From: an uncultured Holophagaceae bacterium
Lineage (GTDB): Bacteria; Acidobacteriota; Holophagae; Holophagales; Holophagaceae
Reading direction: 5' to 3'
Length of the DNA stretch: 64,000 nt
NCBI GenBank assembly: GCA_903884655.1
Contig: CAISFO010000017.1
Location: 21,149 to 85,148, forward strand
In this document: positions 1 through 8,067 of the stretch, piece after piece
Numbering within the stretch: the stretch's first letter is position 1
How the letters are laid out: each line of letters starts with the position of its first letter
Notes under the pieces: model-generated
Seen by the model: only the letters and a program-made list of their open reading frames with translations
What the model was told of the DNA's origin: nothing
Databases searched by the model: none
Position numbers and translations under genes: made by a program

Positions 1-1
1 G

Positions 2-1195
2 GCGCTCCAGCAGGCACTGGCCTTGAACGGGCAGGATCCCAAGGCCCTTGAGCTGGCCGGTCTCGTGCAGCTGCACATGAACCATCCACCGGAAGCCAAG
101 GCCTGGCTGCTCAAGGCGCTCAGCCTCAACCCGAAAGATCCGCGGACCCTCCGGCTGCTGGCCATTGCCCTGGAACAACTCGGCGACCCCGGTGGCGCTG
201 AAACCCAGCTCGTGGCGGCTCTCAAGGCAGAGGAATGCTACTACTGGGGTTGGCACGCCCTGGGCGAACTCCTCTTGAAACGGGGTGAGCTGGCCGAGGG
301 CTTGCGCTGCATCCAGCGGGCCCGGACCTTGCACGTTTGCGATCCTGCCAGCTACTTCATCCTTGCGGAAATCTTCAGCGAGCAGGGCCACCTCGAATTG
401 GCCCAGGGGCAGCTCCACACGCTCATGCTGCTGGCACCACCCGCCCCGGTGCTCGCCGAAGCCCAGGCCCTGCTGGGCGAACTGAAGCGGGACATGGGCG
501 ACCGCGATGGTGCCGTGTCGTATTTCAGTCTGGCCACGGAAACCGATCCGGATGCCGCGAACCCTTGGGCCGCCCTGGGTGACATGGCCCGGGAGGAATG
601 CCGTTGGGAGGATGCGCTCCGCTGCTACCGCGAAGCCCTGATGCGCGAACCCGACGCTGCGGACCTGCAGGTCCAGCTTGGCTATGTGCTGGTGGAGACC
701 CGGCAGGGCCAGGCTGCCGAGCAGGCCTTCCTTCAGGCCCTGGAGCTGGATCCGGGCGAGTACAGCGCCTACCTCGGGCTTTCCGAGGTCTACCGGTTCG
801 CCAACCGGCGGGAAGATCAGATGAGCATGGTGGAGCAGGCCATGGCCCTGGCACCTCAAGATGCGGACGTCTGGAACGCCAAGGGCGTGGCTCTTGAAGT
901 CACCAATCGTTGGCGGGAAGCTACCGAGGCCTACGAGAAGGCTCTGGATCTGGAGCCCCAGCACCGGAAGGCCGCCAACAACCTGGGCTTCGTCCTCGAG
1001 AAGCGCATGTACCAGGGGGAACCGGAACTGCGCGATCGTGCCACCGAAGCCTGGAAACAGAGGCTGCTGATTTGTCGCGACGAAGGCCAGAGCTTCAAGA
1101 TGGCCACGGAGCACCTGGCGGCCCTGGGCGTGGACGATGACACCATTCGCGAGTGGCTCCGGCCGGGTTTCCTGGCGGACGAGCTGGCCGAGTGA
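2..1195 (+). CDS. TPR repeat protein (5' partial; frame open to window edge)
   Basis: The ORF frame is open from nt 2 (ALQQALALNGQD...). The track start at 23 is a TTG. There are repeated 34-aa TPR-like helices (AWLLKALSLNPKDPRTL, AYEKALDLEPQHRKAANNLG). Third codon positions are GC-rich. Confidence 0.75.
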   Translation, partial: ALQQALALNGQDPKALELAGLVQLHMNHPPEAKAWLLKALSLNPKDPRTLRLLAIALEQLGDPGGAETQLVAALKAEECYYWGWHALGELLLKRGELAEGLRCIQRARTLHVCDPASYFILAEIFSEQGHLELAQGQLHTLMLLAPPAPVLAEAQALLGELKRDMGDRDGAVSYFSLATETDPDAANPWAALGDMAREECRWEDALRCYREALMREPDAADLQVQLGYVLVETRQGQAAEQAFLQALELDPGEYSAYLGLSEVYRFANRREDQMSMVEQAMALAPQDADVWNAKGVALEVTNRWREATEAYEKALDLEPQHRKAANNLGFVLEKRMYQGEPELRDRATEAWKQRLLICRDEGQSFKMATEHLAALGVDDDTIREWLRPGFLADELAE

Positions 1196-1531
1196 CGAGG
1201 CCGTTACAGGATCGTCACACCATTATTTCCAGCTAGTTACGTGGGGTAGAGGCGAGACTGTGGAAAAGCCTGCGGATTGGGCACATTTGGGTAGGCTAAA
1301 CCCTGTCCAGTGACGAAGTTCAATGCTGATGTTATGAAAAATCAATCTATGTTAATCATTTGTTTCCAATACTTACTTTGTTGACATGCGCGGAATTTGC
1401 TGGTCTGACCAAACCCAGGGTTATCCACATTTTTCGCTTTGTTTCGCGTTGACAGGGAAAACCCCCTGAACTCCAGGTAACCAGAGGCGAAACCGGCCCT
1501 GTCAACACACCCTCGTCACAGTCTCGTGACG

Positions 1532-4500
1532 TCAAACCAGCGCTTCGGCTTCCCGCAACTGGACACTCACCAGACGGGAACATCCAGCCTCCTCCATGGT
1601 CACGCCATACAAGGTGTCGGCCGCCACCATCGTCGGTTTCTGGTGGGTGATGACGATGAACTGGGTATCAGCTTTCATCTTCTGAACCATGGCAGCGAAT
1701 CGCCCCACATTGGCTTCATCCAGAGGCGCATCCACCTCGTCCAGGACACAGAAGGGGCTGGGCTTGAAGTGGAAGATGGCGAAGAGCAGGGAAATGGCCG
1801 TCAAGGCCTTTTCACCACCGCTCAGCAGCGTCAGCGCCTTGGCGGTCTTGCCTGGCGGTTGCGCGGTGATCTCGATGCCACATTCCAGGAGGTTCTTGGG
1901 ATCCTCGAGGCTCAGGTGGGCACTGCCACCCCCGAAGGCCTCGCGGAACACCTCCTGGAAGCGGGCGTTCACATAGTCGAAGGCCTCCCGGAAGCGCTCC
2001 TCGCTGGTGATGTTGATCTCCTGGATGGTGGCTTCGAGGTTGCCGATGGCGGCTGTGACATCGGCCCTCTGCTCGTCCATGAAGGCCAGGCGAGTCTCGG
2101 CCTCCTCCAGTTCCTGAATGGCCAGGGGGTTCACGCCTCCCAGTTCCATCCGCCGACCCTGCAGCTCGTTCAGTCGCGTCTGGTGGACCAGTTCACCCTC
2201 TTCCCAGGCCAGCCGTTCCGCTTCTCCGAGACCGGCCAGGAAAGCCGGAATCTCCAGCCCCAGGGCCAGCTCGACCTCCTTCGCCAGAGCCTCCTGGCTG
2301 CCCTGGACCTGGGCACCATGGATCAGCACTTCCTGGTGCTGGGCACGGGCGTTTTCGAGTGCCTCCTGGAATTCCCGGGTGGCCCGTTCCTGCACTCGCA
2401 GGGCCTCCTGATCCAACTCCAACCTTGGCTGGGCCTCCCGCGCCAGACTCTGGACGGCATCCCGCTCCTGCAGCAGACCTTGGGCTTCAGCCTCCAGCTC
2501 TGCCAGTCTCTGGACGCAGCCTTCGCGCCGGCTGACGTGTTCGGAAGCCTCCGCCTCCATGCGCTGGCGCTCGGTCTCCAGGTCGAAACGGCCACGCTGG
2601 GCCAGCTGCATGTGGCGCTCATGACCATCCCGCTCCGCCCAGGCGGCATCCCGGCTGCGCGCCACCTCCAGCCGCTGCTCGCGCCGTTCATCCAATCGCT
2701 GGCGGGCCTCCCGGACGAGGGTTTCGGCCTGCAGGATGGCTTCCTCCAGGGCCGAATCGTGGGCCTCTTCGGGATGCTCATCCAACTCCCGCAGGAGGAC
2801 CTGGAGGCGCTTGATCTCGGTCTCCAGCTGTTCCCACAAGGTGTCAGCCCGTTCGCTCGCGGACCGGATCTCCGCAAGCTGCCCCTGAAGGGAAGCCTGC
2901 TGGGCCTTGTGGGTATCGGTACGGTTCCGCAGGGTCCGGAGGTCCCCATCGATTTCCAGTGACCGTTCGCGGGCGGCTCGGGCTTCGTCGCCACCCCGGC
3001 CCCGCTGGATTTCCAGCTCTTCGAGACGATCCAGGAGGGCCTCCCGGGTGGCCCGGGCCTCTTCCTGTTCGGCTCTCAGCTTGATGGGCGAGGCCGCGGG
3101 AGCGGAGATGCCCAGCTGCAGCGGACCATAGGGAAGGCGGATGAAGGCTGGGGATACCAGGGCCAGATCGGGATGAGCCAGGGCGAGCCCCGGCAGGGCC
3201 TCGTCGGAGCACCGGAAGGCTCGATCAATGAGGGTCTGCAGAGGGCGTTCCGGACCCATCCAGCGCACATGCTCGCGAAGGGGCTCACATCCCTCCGGCA
3301 CCTCCGGAACAAGGCCTCCATCTCCCAGCGCCAGGAGCAAGTGCCCGGGCGCCGCCGTGGCCTGACCCACCAGGCCTGGCTCCAGGGAGAGGGACTGGAG
3401 CCAACCACCAAGCAGCCGTTCCAGATCGGGCCGCAGGGCCTCGTCCACGGTCAGCGACTCGACCAACGCCAGGGGGCGAAGGCCCTGTTCCCGCAGCCAG
3501 GTGATGCCCTTCCGCAGTTCCTCGTCCCCGAAGCTCTGGGCCAGCAGGTCGGAGATCTGCCGCAGACGACGCTCGGCCGCATCCAGCTCAGCCTCCGCCC
3601 GGTGGTGGTCCTGGGACAAGGTGCGCTGGGCCTCCTCGAGGGTCTCCGCCCGGCGGCGTTCGGACAAGGCGCCTTCCTCGGCCTGTTCCAGTTGCAGCAG
3701 CAGGCCCTCCAGGGTGCGGTCGACCTGGATGGCCTCGGCCTGCAGGCTTTCCAGCCGCGGCGCACGAACGGATTCCTCATGGTTCAAACCATCCAGCCGG
3801 CCTTCGAGCTGGGCGATCTGGCTGTGGAATCCCAACCGTTGTTTCTGGCGGGCCAGGGCCTCCTTCTGGCCTTCAGCCTTCCGCTCCCGAAGGGCCTGGA
3901 GCCCCGCTTCTTCGTGACGAAGGGCGCCTTGTGCCATGGCCACGGACTCCTCAGCCCTGGCCAGATCCGCCTCCCGCAGCCCAAGGCGTTCCGATGCCTC
4001 CTGCAACAACCCTTCCAGGGCCGAGAAGGCATCCCCGGATTCCATCAGCCGCTCAGCCAGGGCCTGAATGCGCTCCTGCAAGCGGCCTCGCTGTTCTTCG
4101 GCCTCAGTCCGACGTTCCTCCTGGAAACCGCGCTCCTGGTCCGCGAGCTGCAGACGCTGGTCCAGTGCCTGCATGGCGGCTGCCCGTCTGGCCTGGGTCT
4201 GCTGCTGTTCGTCCACCGAAAGGCGAAGCGCCTCGACTGCGGAGGCCTTTTCCGACACCTGTGCGGTAAGTTCGGCCACCCTGCGTTCCGTCTGATCCAG
4301 CTGGTCGAGGATGCGCAGCTTGGCCGCCTCCAGTTCTACGGCCTTCCCCGCCAGCAGGATTCGCTGAGTCGCCTTGATGTCCGTGTCGAGCTCTTTCGCT
4401 TTGCGGGCCCGCGAGGCCTGGCGCCGGAGGGAATCCATCTGCTTGTTCAGCTCGAACAGGATGTCATCGAGACGCAGCAGGTTGCTGCGGGTCTCGTCCA

Positions 4501-5089
4501 GCCGCTTCTCGGCGTCGGCGCGGCGCAGCTTGTAGCGGGTGATCCCGGCGGCCTCTTCAAGCAGGACCCGGCGGTCCTTGGGCTTGCTGCTCAGGATCAG
4601 GTCGATCTGTCCCTGCTGGATGAAGCTGTAGGCCCGGGTGCCCATCCCTGTGTCCAGCAGGAGATCCTGGACATCCTTGAGCCTGGCCTCGCGACCGTTG
4701 ATGCGGTACTCGCTCCCGGTATCCCGGTAGAGGCGGCGCGAGATGGTGACATCACGCGTGGCACCCGGCAGCGCCGGATCGGGCATCTCCAGAACCAGCT
4801 TCACTTCCGCCAAGCCCATGGGCCGCCGCTGGGCCGTGCCCGCGAAGATCACATCCGCCATTTCGGAGCCACGGAGCATGGAGGGGCGTTGTTCTCCGAG
4901 CACCCAGGCCAGGCTGTCGGAGATGTTCGATTTGCCGCAGCCATTGGGTCCCACCACGGCCGTCATCCCGCCCGGAAAGCTCAGCTTCTGAGCCTCGGCG
5001 AAGGATTTGAATCCATGAAGTTCGAGGGAGATCAGGCGCACGCGGACAGCGCTCCAGGCGAAGAGATTGGGAACATCTCCCTCCATCAT
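1532..5089 (-). CDS. smc: Chromosome partition protein Smc
   Basis: The N-terminus has LELHGFKSF...VVGPNGCGKSNISDSLAWVLGEQ (Walker A). Long coiled coils follow. The C-terminus has LSGGEKALTAISLLFAIF and Walker B FCVLDEVDAPLD. The true start is possibly the GTG at 5041 (VRLISLELHGFKSF). Confidence 0.95.
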   Translation of the reverse strand: MMEGDVPNLFAWSAVRVRLISLELHGFKSFAEAQKLSFPGGMTAVVGPNGCGKSNISDSLAWVLGEQRPSMLRGSEMADVIFAGTAQRRPMGLAEVKLVLEMPDPALPGATRDVTISRRLYRDTGSEYRINGREARLKDVQDLLLDTGMGTRAYSFIQQGQIDLILSSKPKDRRVLLEEAAGITRYKLRRADAEKRLDETRSNLLRLDDILFELNKQMDSLRRQASRARKAKELDTDIKATQRILLAGKAVELEAAKLRILDQLDQTERRVAELTAQVSEKASAVEALRLSVDEQQQTQARRAAAMQALDQRLQLADQERGFQEERRTEAEEQRGRLQERIQALAERLMESGDAFSALEGLLQEASERLGLREADLARAEESVAMAQGALRHEEAGLQALRERKAEGQKEALARQKQRLGFHSQIAQLEGRLDGLNHEESVRAPRLESLQAEAIQVDRTLEGLLLQLEQAEEGALSERRRAETLEEAQRTLSQDHHRAEAELDAAERRLRQISDLLAQSFGDEELRKGITWLREQGLRPLALVESLTVDEALRPDLERLLGGWLQSLSLEPGLVGQATAAPGHLLLALGDGGLVPEVPEGCEPLREHVRWMGPERPLQTLIDRAFRCSDEALPGLALAHPDLALVSPAFIRLPYGPLQLGISAPAASPIKLRAEQEEARATREALLDRLEELEIQRGRGGDEARAARERSLEIDGDLRTLRNRTDTHKAQQASLQGQLAEIRSASERADTLWEQLETEIKRLQVLLRELDEHPEEAHDSALEEAILQAETLVREARQRLDERREQRLEVARSRDAAWAERDGHERHMQLAQRGRFDLETERQRMEAEASEHVSRREGCVQRLAELEAEAQGLLQERDAVQSLAREAQPRLELDQEALRVQERATREFQEALENARAQHQEVLIHGAQVQGSQEALAKEVELALGLEIPAFLAGLGEAERLAWEEGELVHQTRLNELQGRRMELGGVNPLAIQELEEAETRLAFMDEQRADVTAAIGNLEATIQEINITSEERFREAFDYVNARFQEVFREAFGGGSAHLSLEDPKNLLECGIEITAQPPGKTAKALTLLSGGEKALTAISLLFAIFHFKPSPFCVLDEVDAPLDEANVGRFAAMVQKMKADTQFIVITHQKPTMVAADTLYGVTMEEAGCSRLVSVQLREAEALV

Positions 5090-5296
5090 TCCACACCATG
5101 CGTAGGATCCGATGGCTGCTTACGGGCAGCCCCCTTGGGAAACGACTGGAAGCCCGCTAGACTTGGGTTTTCAAGGCCAGCCAGGAGCACCTGTGTCGCC
5201 CATTCCCGTTTTCTCGCGCCACCCGGCGACCATCGACCGGCCGGGGGCAGGTCTGGGCGTTGGCTTGGCTCCGGGACTCCTGACAGAGGCCAGGCC

Positions 5297-6028
5297 GTGA
5301 AGCTCCGCCTGCTGGCTCCACCCGAGGCCTCCCTGCTCTGGCTGGAAGGCCACCGGATCATTGCTGGCAACCACCGGCGCCCCCTGAGTGGACTGCCCAC
5401 CGAGGATCAGCTGGCGCAGGCCCTGAGCGCCCTGCCCCCGGGGCCGACTCGTTGGGTGGTGGAGGACCTGTGGACCCCTTCTGTGCTGCTCCGGGAACTC
5501 ACCGAACTGCCCAAGGGAGCCGAGGCCCAGGAGGCCTTTTTCCGATGGCGGTTCATGCAGGCCATGGCCCTGGATTCGCCCCATTTCGTCCAGGCTCTGG
5601 AAGTGGAGCCAGGTACCTGGCTCGCTTCAGGCATCCGGGATGATTTCAGGGAATCCGTGCTCCAGTTGGGGCTGCGGCTCGACCGCAGCCTCCATGCCCT
5701 CACCCCCCGGTGGCTGCACCTGTACAACCTGCTGGCGCCTTCCCTTAACCTGCCGGGCATGCTGCTGTCCCTGAGCCCAACTGAATCCGGCCAGTATTCA
5801 GGCACCCTGGTGGCCTGGGGGCGCACCCTCTGCCTGTTGCGGCAGTGGTCCGAGCCCCTCGCACCCGAGGCCTGGATCGAGGAGCGCATCGCTCCCAGCG
5901 CCGCCTTCCTCCAGCGGGAATCCCGTACACCCCAGCAGCTCTTCATCTATGGGGCGGCCTCCTGGCCAGAGGGCACCTTGCCGGTGCGCATCCTCGATGA
6001 CCGGCTGGTGCTGGGGGAGACGCCCTGA
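5297..6028 (+). CDS. Short PilM/GspL-like pilus assembly protein (hypothetical)
   Basis: This is the only coding-looking part of track ORF 3173..6028; the rest is antisense to smc. It starts at an in-frame GTG at 5297. The segment AEAQEAFFRWRFMQAMALDSPHFVQALEVE resembles the PilM motif (E-A-I-R-x-E-A-x-x-x-P-x-x). Its stop overlaps the pilN-like start (TGATG). Confidence 0.5.
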   Translation: MKLRLLAPPEASLLWLEGHRIIAGNHRRPLSGLPTEDQLAQALSALPPGPTRWVVEDLWTPSVLLRELTELPKGAEAQEAFFRWRFMQAMALDSPHFVQALEVEPGTWLASGIRDDFRESVLQLGLRLDRSLHALTPRWLHLYNLLAPSLNLPGMLLSLSPTESGQYSGTLVAWGRTLCLLRQWSEPLAPEAWIEERIAPSAAFLQRESRTPQQLFIYGAASWPEGTLPVRILDDRLVLGETP

Positions 6029-6828
6029 TGGCGGTACCGGTCCTCCACCTGAACCTGGCTCCCCGCCCCAGCCTCTGGCGGCAGAGGCACCATGCCGTCG
6101 GCTGGATTTCCCTGGGGGTCGGCTGCCTGGTCCTTCTGGGGACAATTGGTTTCACCTGGCGCGCCTACCATCAGGCGAGTCGTGCGGGACGGGAAGCGAT
6201 CAGCCTTGGCGATGAAACCCGCCGCGCCGCGCGGCAGGAACAACAGCTCCAGGCCTCACTCCAGGACATGGACGCCAGCCGGGAGCAGTCCCGCTGGAAG
6301 CTCGCGGAACGGATCCTCCAGGAACGGAGCCTGCCCTGGTCCCGGCTCACCACGGAACTCGAGCAGGATCTGGTGCCGGACATGCGCCTGAAGGGGCTGC
6401 AGCGGGCCCGCAGCAACGCCCAGCAGGTGGTGATGAAACTCAAGGGCGAGGCCAGGACCCGCGAGGCCGAGGCCGCGTTCGTGGAAGCCCTGCGTGCCAC
6501 CCCGGTCTTCGCCCAGGTCATCCTGGAACGGGAATCCGAACGGACCGGCGGAGGCTGGGATTTCGAGATCAGCCTACCCACCGCGGCAGTGCCGCCCCCC
6601 TTCAAGGCCAAGGCCATCAGGCAGGCTCAGGCGGCCCCCGCCCCGGTGGCCATGCCTGCGACTCGACCCACGACCCCTGTCCGGCCCCAGCAGCCGCATC
6701 CCGTGGCGGTCGCCGCACCCGCTCCCGTTCCAGTCGCCAACCCGGCAGCCGTTGACACCGAAGCCGCGCCCAGGCGCCGTCCAGGGCGAACGCGCGTTCG
6801 GCCGAATACCCCGGGGGATCCCGAATGA
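6028..6828 (+). CDS. PilN-like fimbrial assembly protein
   Basis: It has a short cytoplasmic N-terminus, one TM helix (VGWISLGVGCLVLLGTIGFTW), a coiled coil, then a PilN-type periplasmic domain (RSLPWSRLTTELEQDLVPDMRLKGL...VVMKLKGEA) and a Pro/Ala-rich tail. Confidence 0.7.
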   Translation: MAVPVLHLNLAPRPSLWRQRHHAVGWISLGVGCLVLLGTIGFTWRAYHQASRAGREAISLGDETRRAARQEQQLQASLQDMDASREQSRWKLAERILQERSLPWSRLTTELEQDLVPDMRLKGLQRARSNAQQVVMKLKGEARTREAEAAFVEALRATPVFAQVILERESERTGGGWDFEISLPTAAVPPPFKAKAIRQAQAAPAPVAMPATRPTTPVRPQQPHPVAVAAPAPVPVANPAAVDTEAAPRRRPGRTRVRPNTPGDPE

Positions 6829-7406
6829 GCAGCCCCCTCCGCGCAAGCCGCCTTCGACTGGCTCTGGGCCTCTCCGGAGCCGTTGCCGGGCTTGCGGTGG
6901 CCTTCTTCCTGCTCCCGGACGCCTCCCAGCAGCTGGCGCAGAAGCTGAAAGCTAAGCGGGAGGCTGAACTCAACCGTAACCAGCAGGTGCAGCGGCTTCA
7001 GGAACTCCAGCAACTGGCCGATCGGATCCAACGCGGCCGGGAGACCCTGGCCGACCTGGAGGCACGCCTGCCCAAAGGTTCCGCTGGAGAACTGCAATGG
7101 AACCTCAGCAACACGCTTCATGCTCTGGCAAAGAAGCACAACCTTCGTCTGCAGTCCGTGAAGTACGGCCTGCCCAGCCGGGAAGGTGGGCGGGGTACAA
7201 ATTTGGAGGCCGTGGACGTTGAGTTTGTGGCGCTTGGCGTCTATGCGAACCACAAGGCCTTCATGCACGATCTGGAGGGCTCCGGCTTGCCCTTCGCAGT
7301 GCGGGACGGTCGTCTGGAGGAGAGCCCAGAAGGGGCCAGGCTGAATATCGTCCTGCGTGCCTTCCGCAAGGCCACCGCCCCCGAGCGCGAGGAGGGCGAG
7401 GCATGA
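6825..7406 (+). CDS. PilO-like pilus assembly protein
   Basis: The start overlaps the upstream stop (ATGA). It has an N-terminal TM helix (LALGLSGAVAGLAVAFFLL), a coiled coil (QRLQELQQLADRIQRGRETLADLEARLP) and a C-terminal ferredoxin-like region typical of PilO. Confidence 0.65.
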   Translation: MSSPLRASRLRLALGLSGAVAGLAVAFFLLPDASQQLAQKLKAKREAELNRNQQVQRLQELQQLADRIQRGRETLADLEARLPKGSAGELQWNLSNTLHALAKKHNLRLQSVKYGLPSREGGRGTNLEAVDVEFVALGVYANHKAFMHDLEGSGLPFAVRDGRLEESPEGARLNIVLRAFRKATAPEREEGEA

Positions 7407-8050
7407 GCGCTGCGTCCGCCAGTTTCGATTGGAAGGCCATGGGCCAGGAGCTCCGGTCCAATCCCAAAACCCAGATCGCCCTCGCCGCCTTTGCCTTGGT
7501 GATGCTCTACGCCCTCTACACCTTTTTCGCCTCCGATGCGTCCAAAGGCCGGCGGGCAGTGGCTGCGGGGGCCGGAGCCAACCTGGATCCGAGACAGCTG
7601 CAGGGCCTTCGGCGTCTGCCGGATCTTGCCGCGCTGGGCAAGGCCGGGGAACTGCCCCCGCTTGCCAAGGTGTCGCGGGATCTCTTCCTGTTCGAGGCAC
7701 CTGCGCCTCCGCCGGTGAAAGTCGCACCGCCTCCGCCCCCCCCACCGCCCTCGGCCGAGGAAGTCGAAGCCCAGCGCAAGGCCGCGGAAAAGGCAGCCGA
7801 ATATGCGGGTCGGCCCCAGGACCTTAGGTACCTGGGGTTCTTCAAGGGCAGCCCCTCCGGAGCGGTGGGAGCCTTCATGAAGGGCGAGGAGCCCGTCACC
7901 TTGACTTCCGGCACTTTGCTCAAGGAGCGCTGGAAGCTCGTCGCGATTCTCGATACTCGTGCCGAGTTCCAGAACACCAAATACCCCGACATGAAGCTGG
8001 TCCTGGAGGTCCGAGAGGCCTCTGGCGGCGGGCCCACGAACCAATTCTGA
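7403..8050 (+). CDS. PilP/GspC-HR-like protein
   Basis: The start overlaps the upstream stop (ATGA). It has a TM helix (IALAAFALVMLYALYTFF), a poly-Pro linker (PPPPPPPP) and a C-terminal beta domain (LRYLGFFKGSPSGAVGAFMKGEEPVTLTSGTLLKERWKLVAI) like the PilP or GspC secretin-binding domain. Confidence 0.5.
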   Translation: MSAASASFDWKAMGQELRSNPKTQIALAAFALVMLYALYTFFASDASKGRRAVAAGAGANLDPRQLQGLRRLPDLAALGKAGELPPLAKVSRDLFLFEAPAPPPVKVAPPPPPPPPSAEEVEAQRKAAEKAAEYAGRPQDLRYLGFFKGSPSGAVGAFMKGEEPVTLTSGTLLKERWKLVAILDTRAEFQNTKYPDMKLVLEVREASGGGPTNQF

Positions 8051-8067
8051 CCCGAAGGACGCCCCCG

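Noticed and set aside
1196-1531. Interpretation of the AT-rich spacer as the chromosomal replication origin (oriC).
   Set aside because: Only one perfect and one near-perfect DnaA box are visible. No dnaA, dnaN or gidA-type neighbours are present, and the spacer lies between convergent genes. It is kept as a finding but not called oriC.
1526-5296. Long plus-strand ORFs 1526..2962 (478 aa) and the first roughly 2.1 kb of 3173..6028 (951 aa).
   Set aside because: They are antisense to smc, whose product has unmistakable SMC motifs. Their translations are low-complexity (G/L/Q/P/R-rich) with no domains, a typical high-GC shadow. Only 5297..6028 of the second ORF is kept.
7725-7752. A CCG/CCC-rich simple repeat (gcaccgcctccgcccccccaccgccc). 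A similar tract occurs at about 9780..10020.
   Set aside because: These are in-frame poly-proline and Pro-rich linkers of the PilP-like protein and the secretin. They are not non-coding repeats or CRISPR-like arrays.
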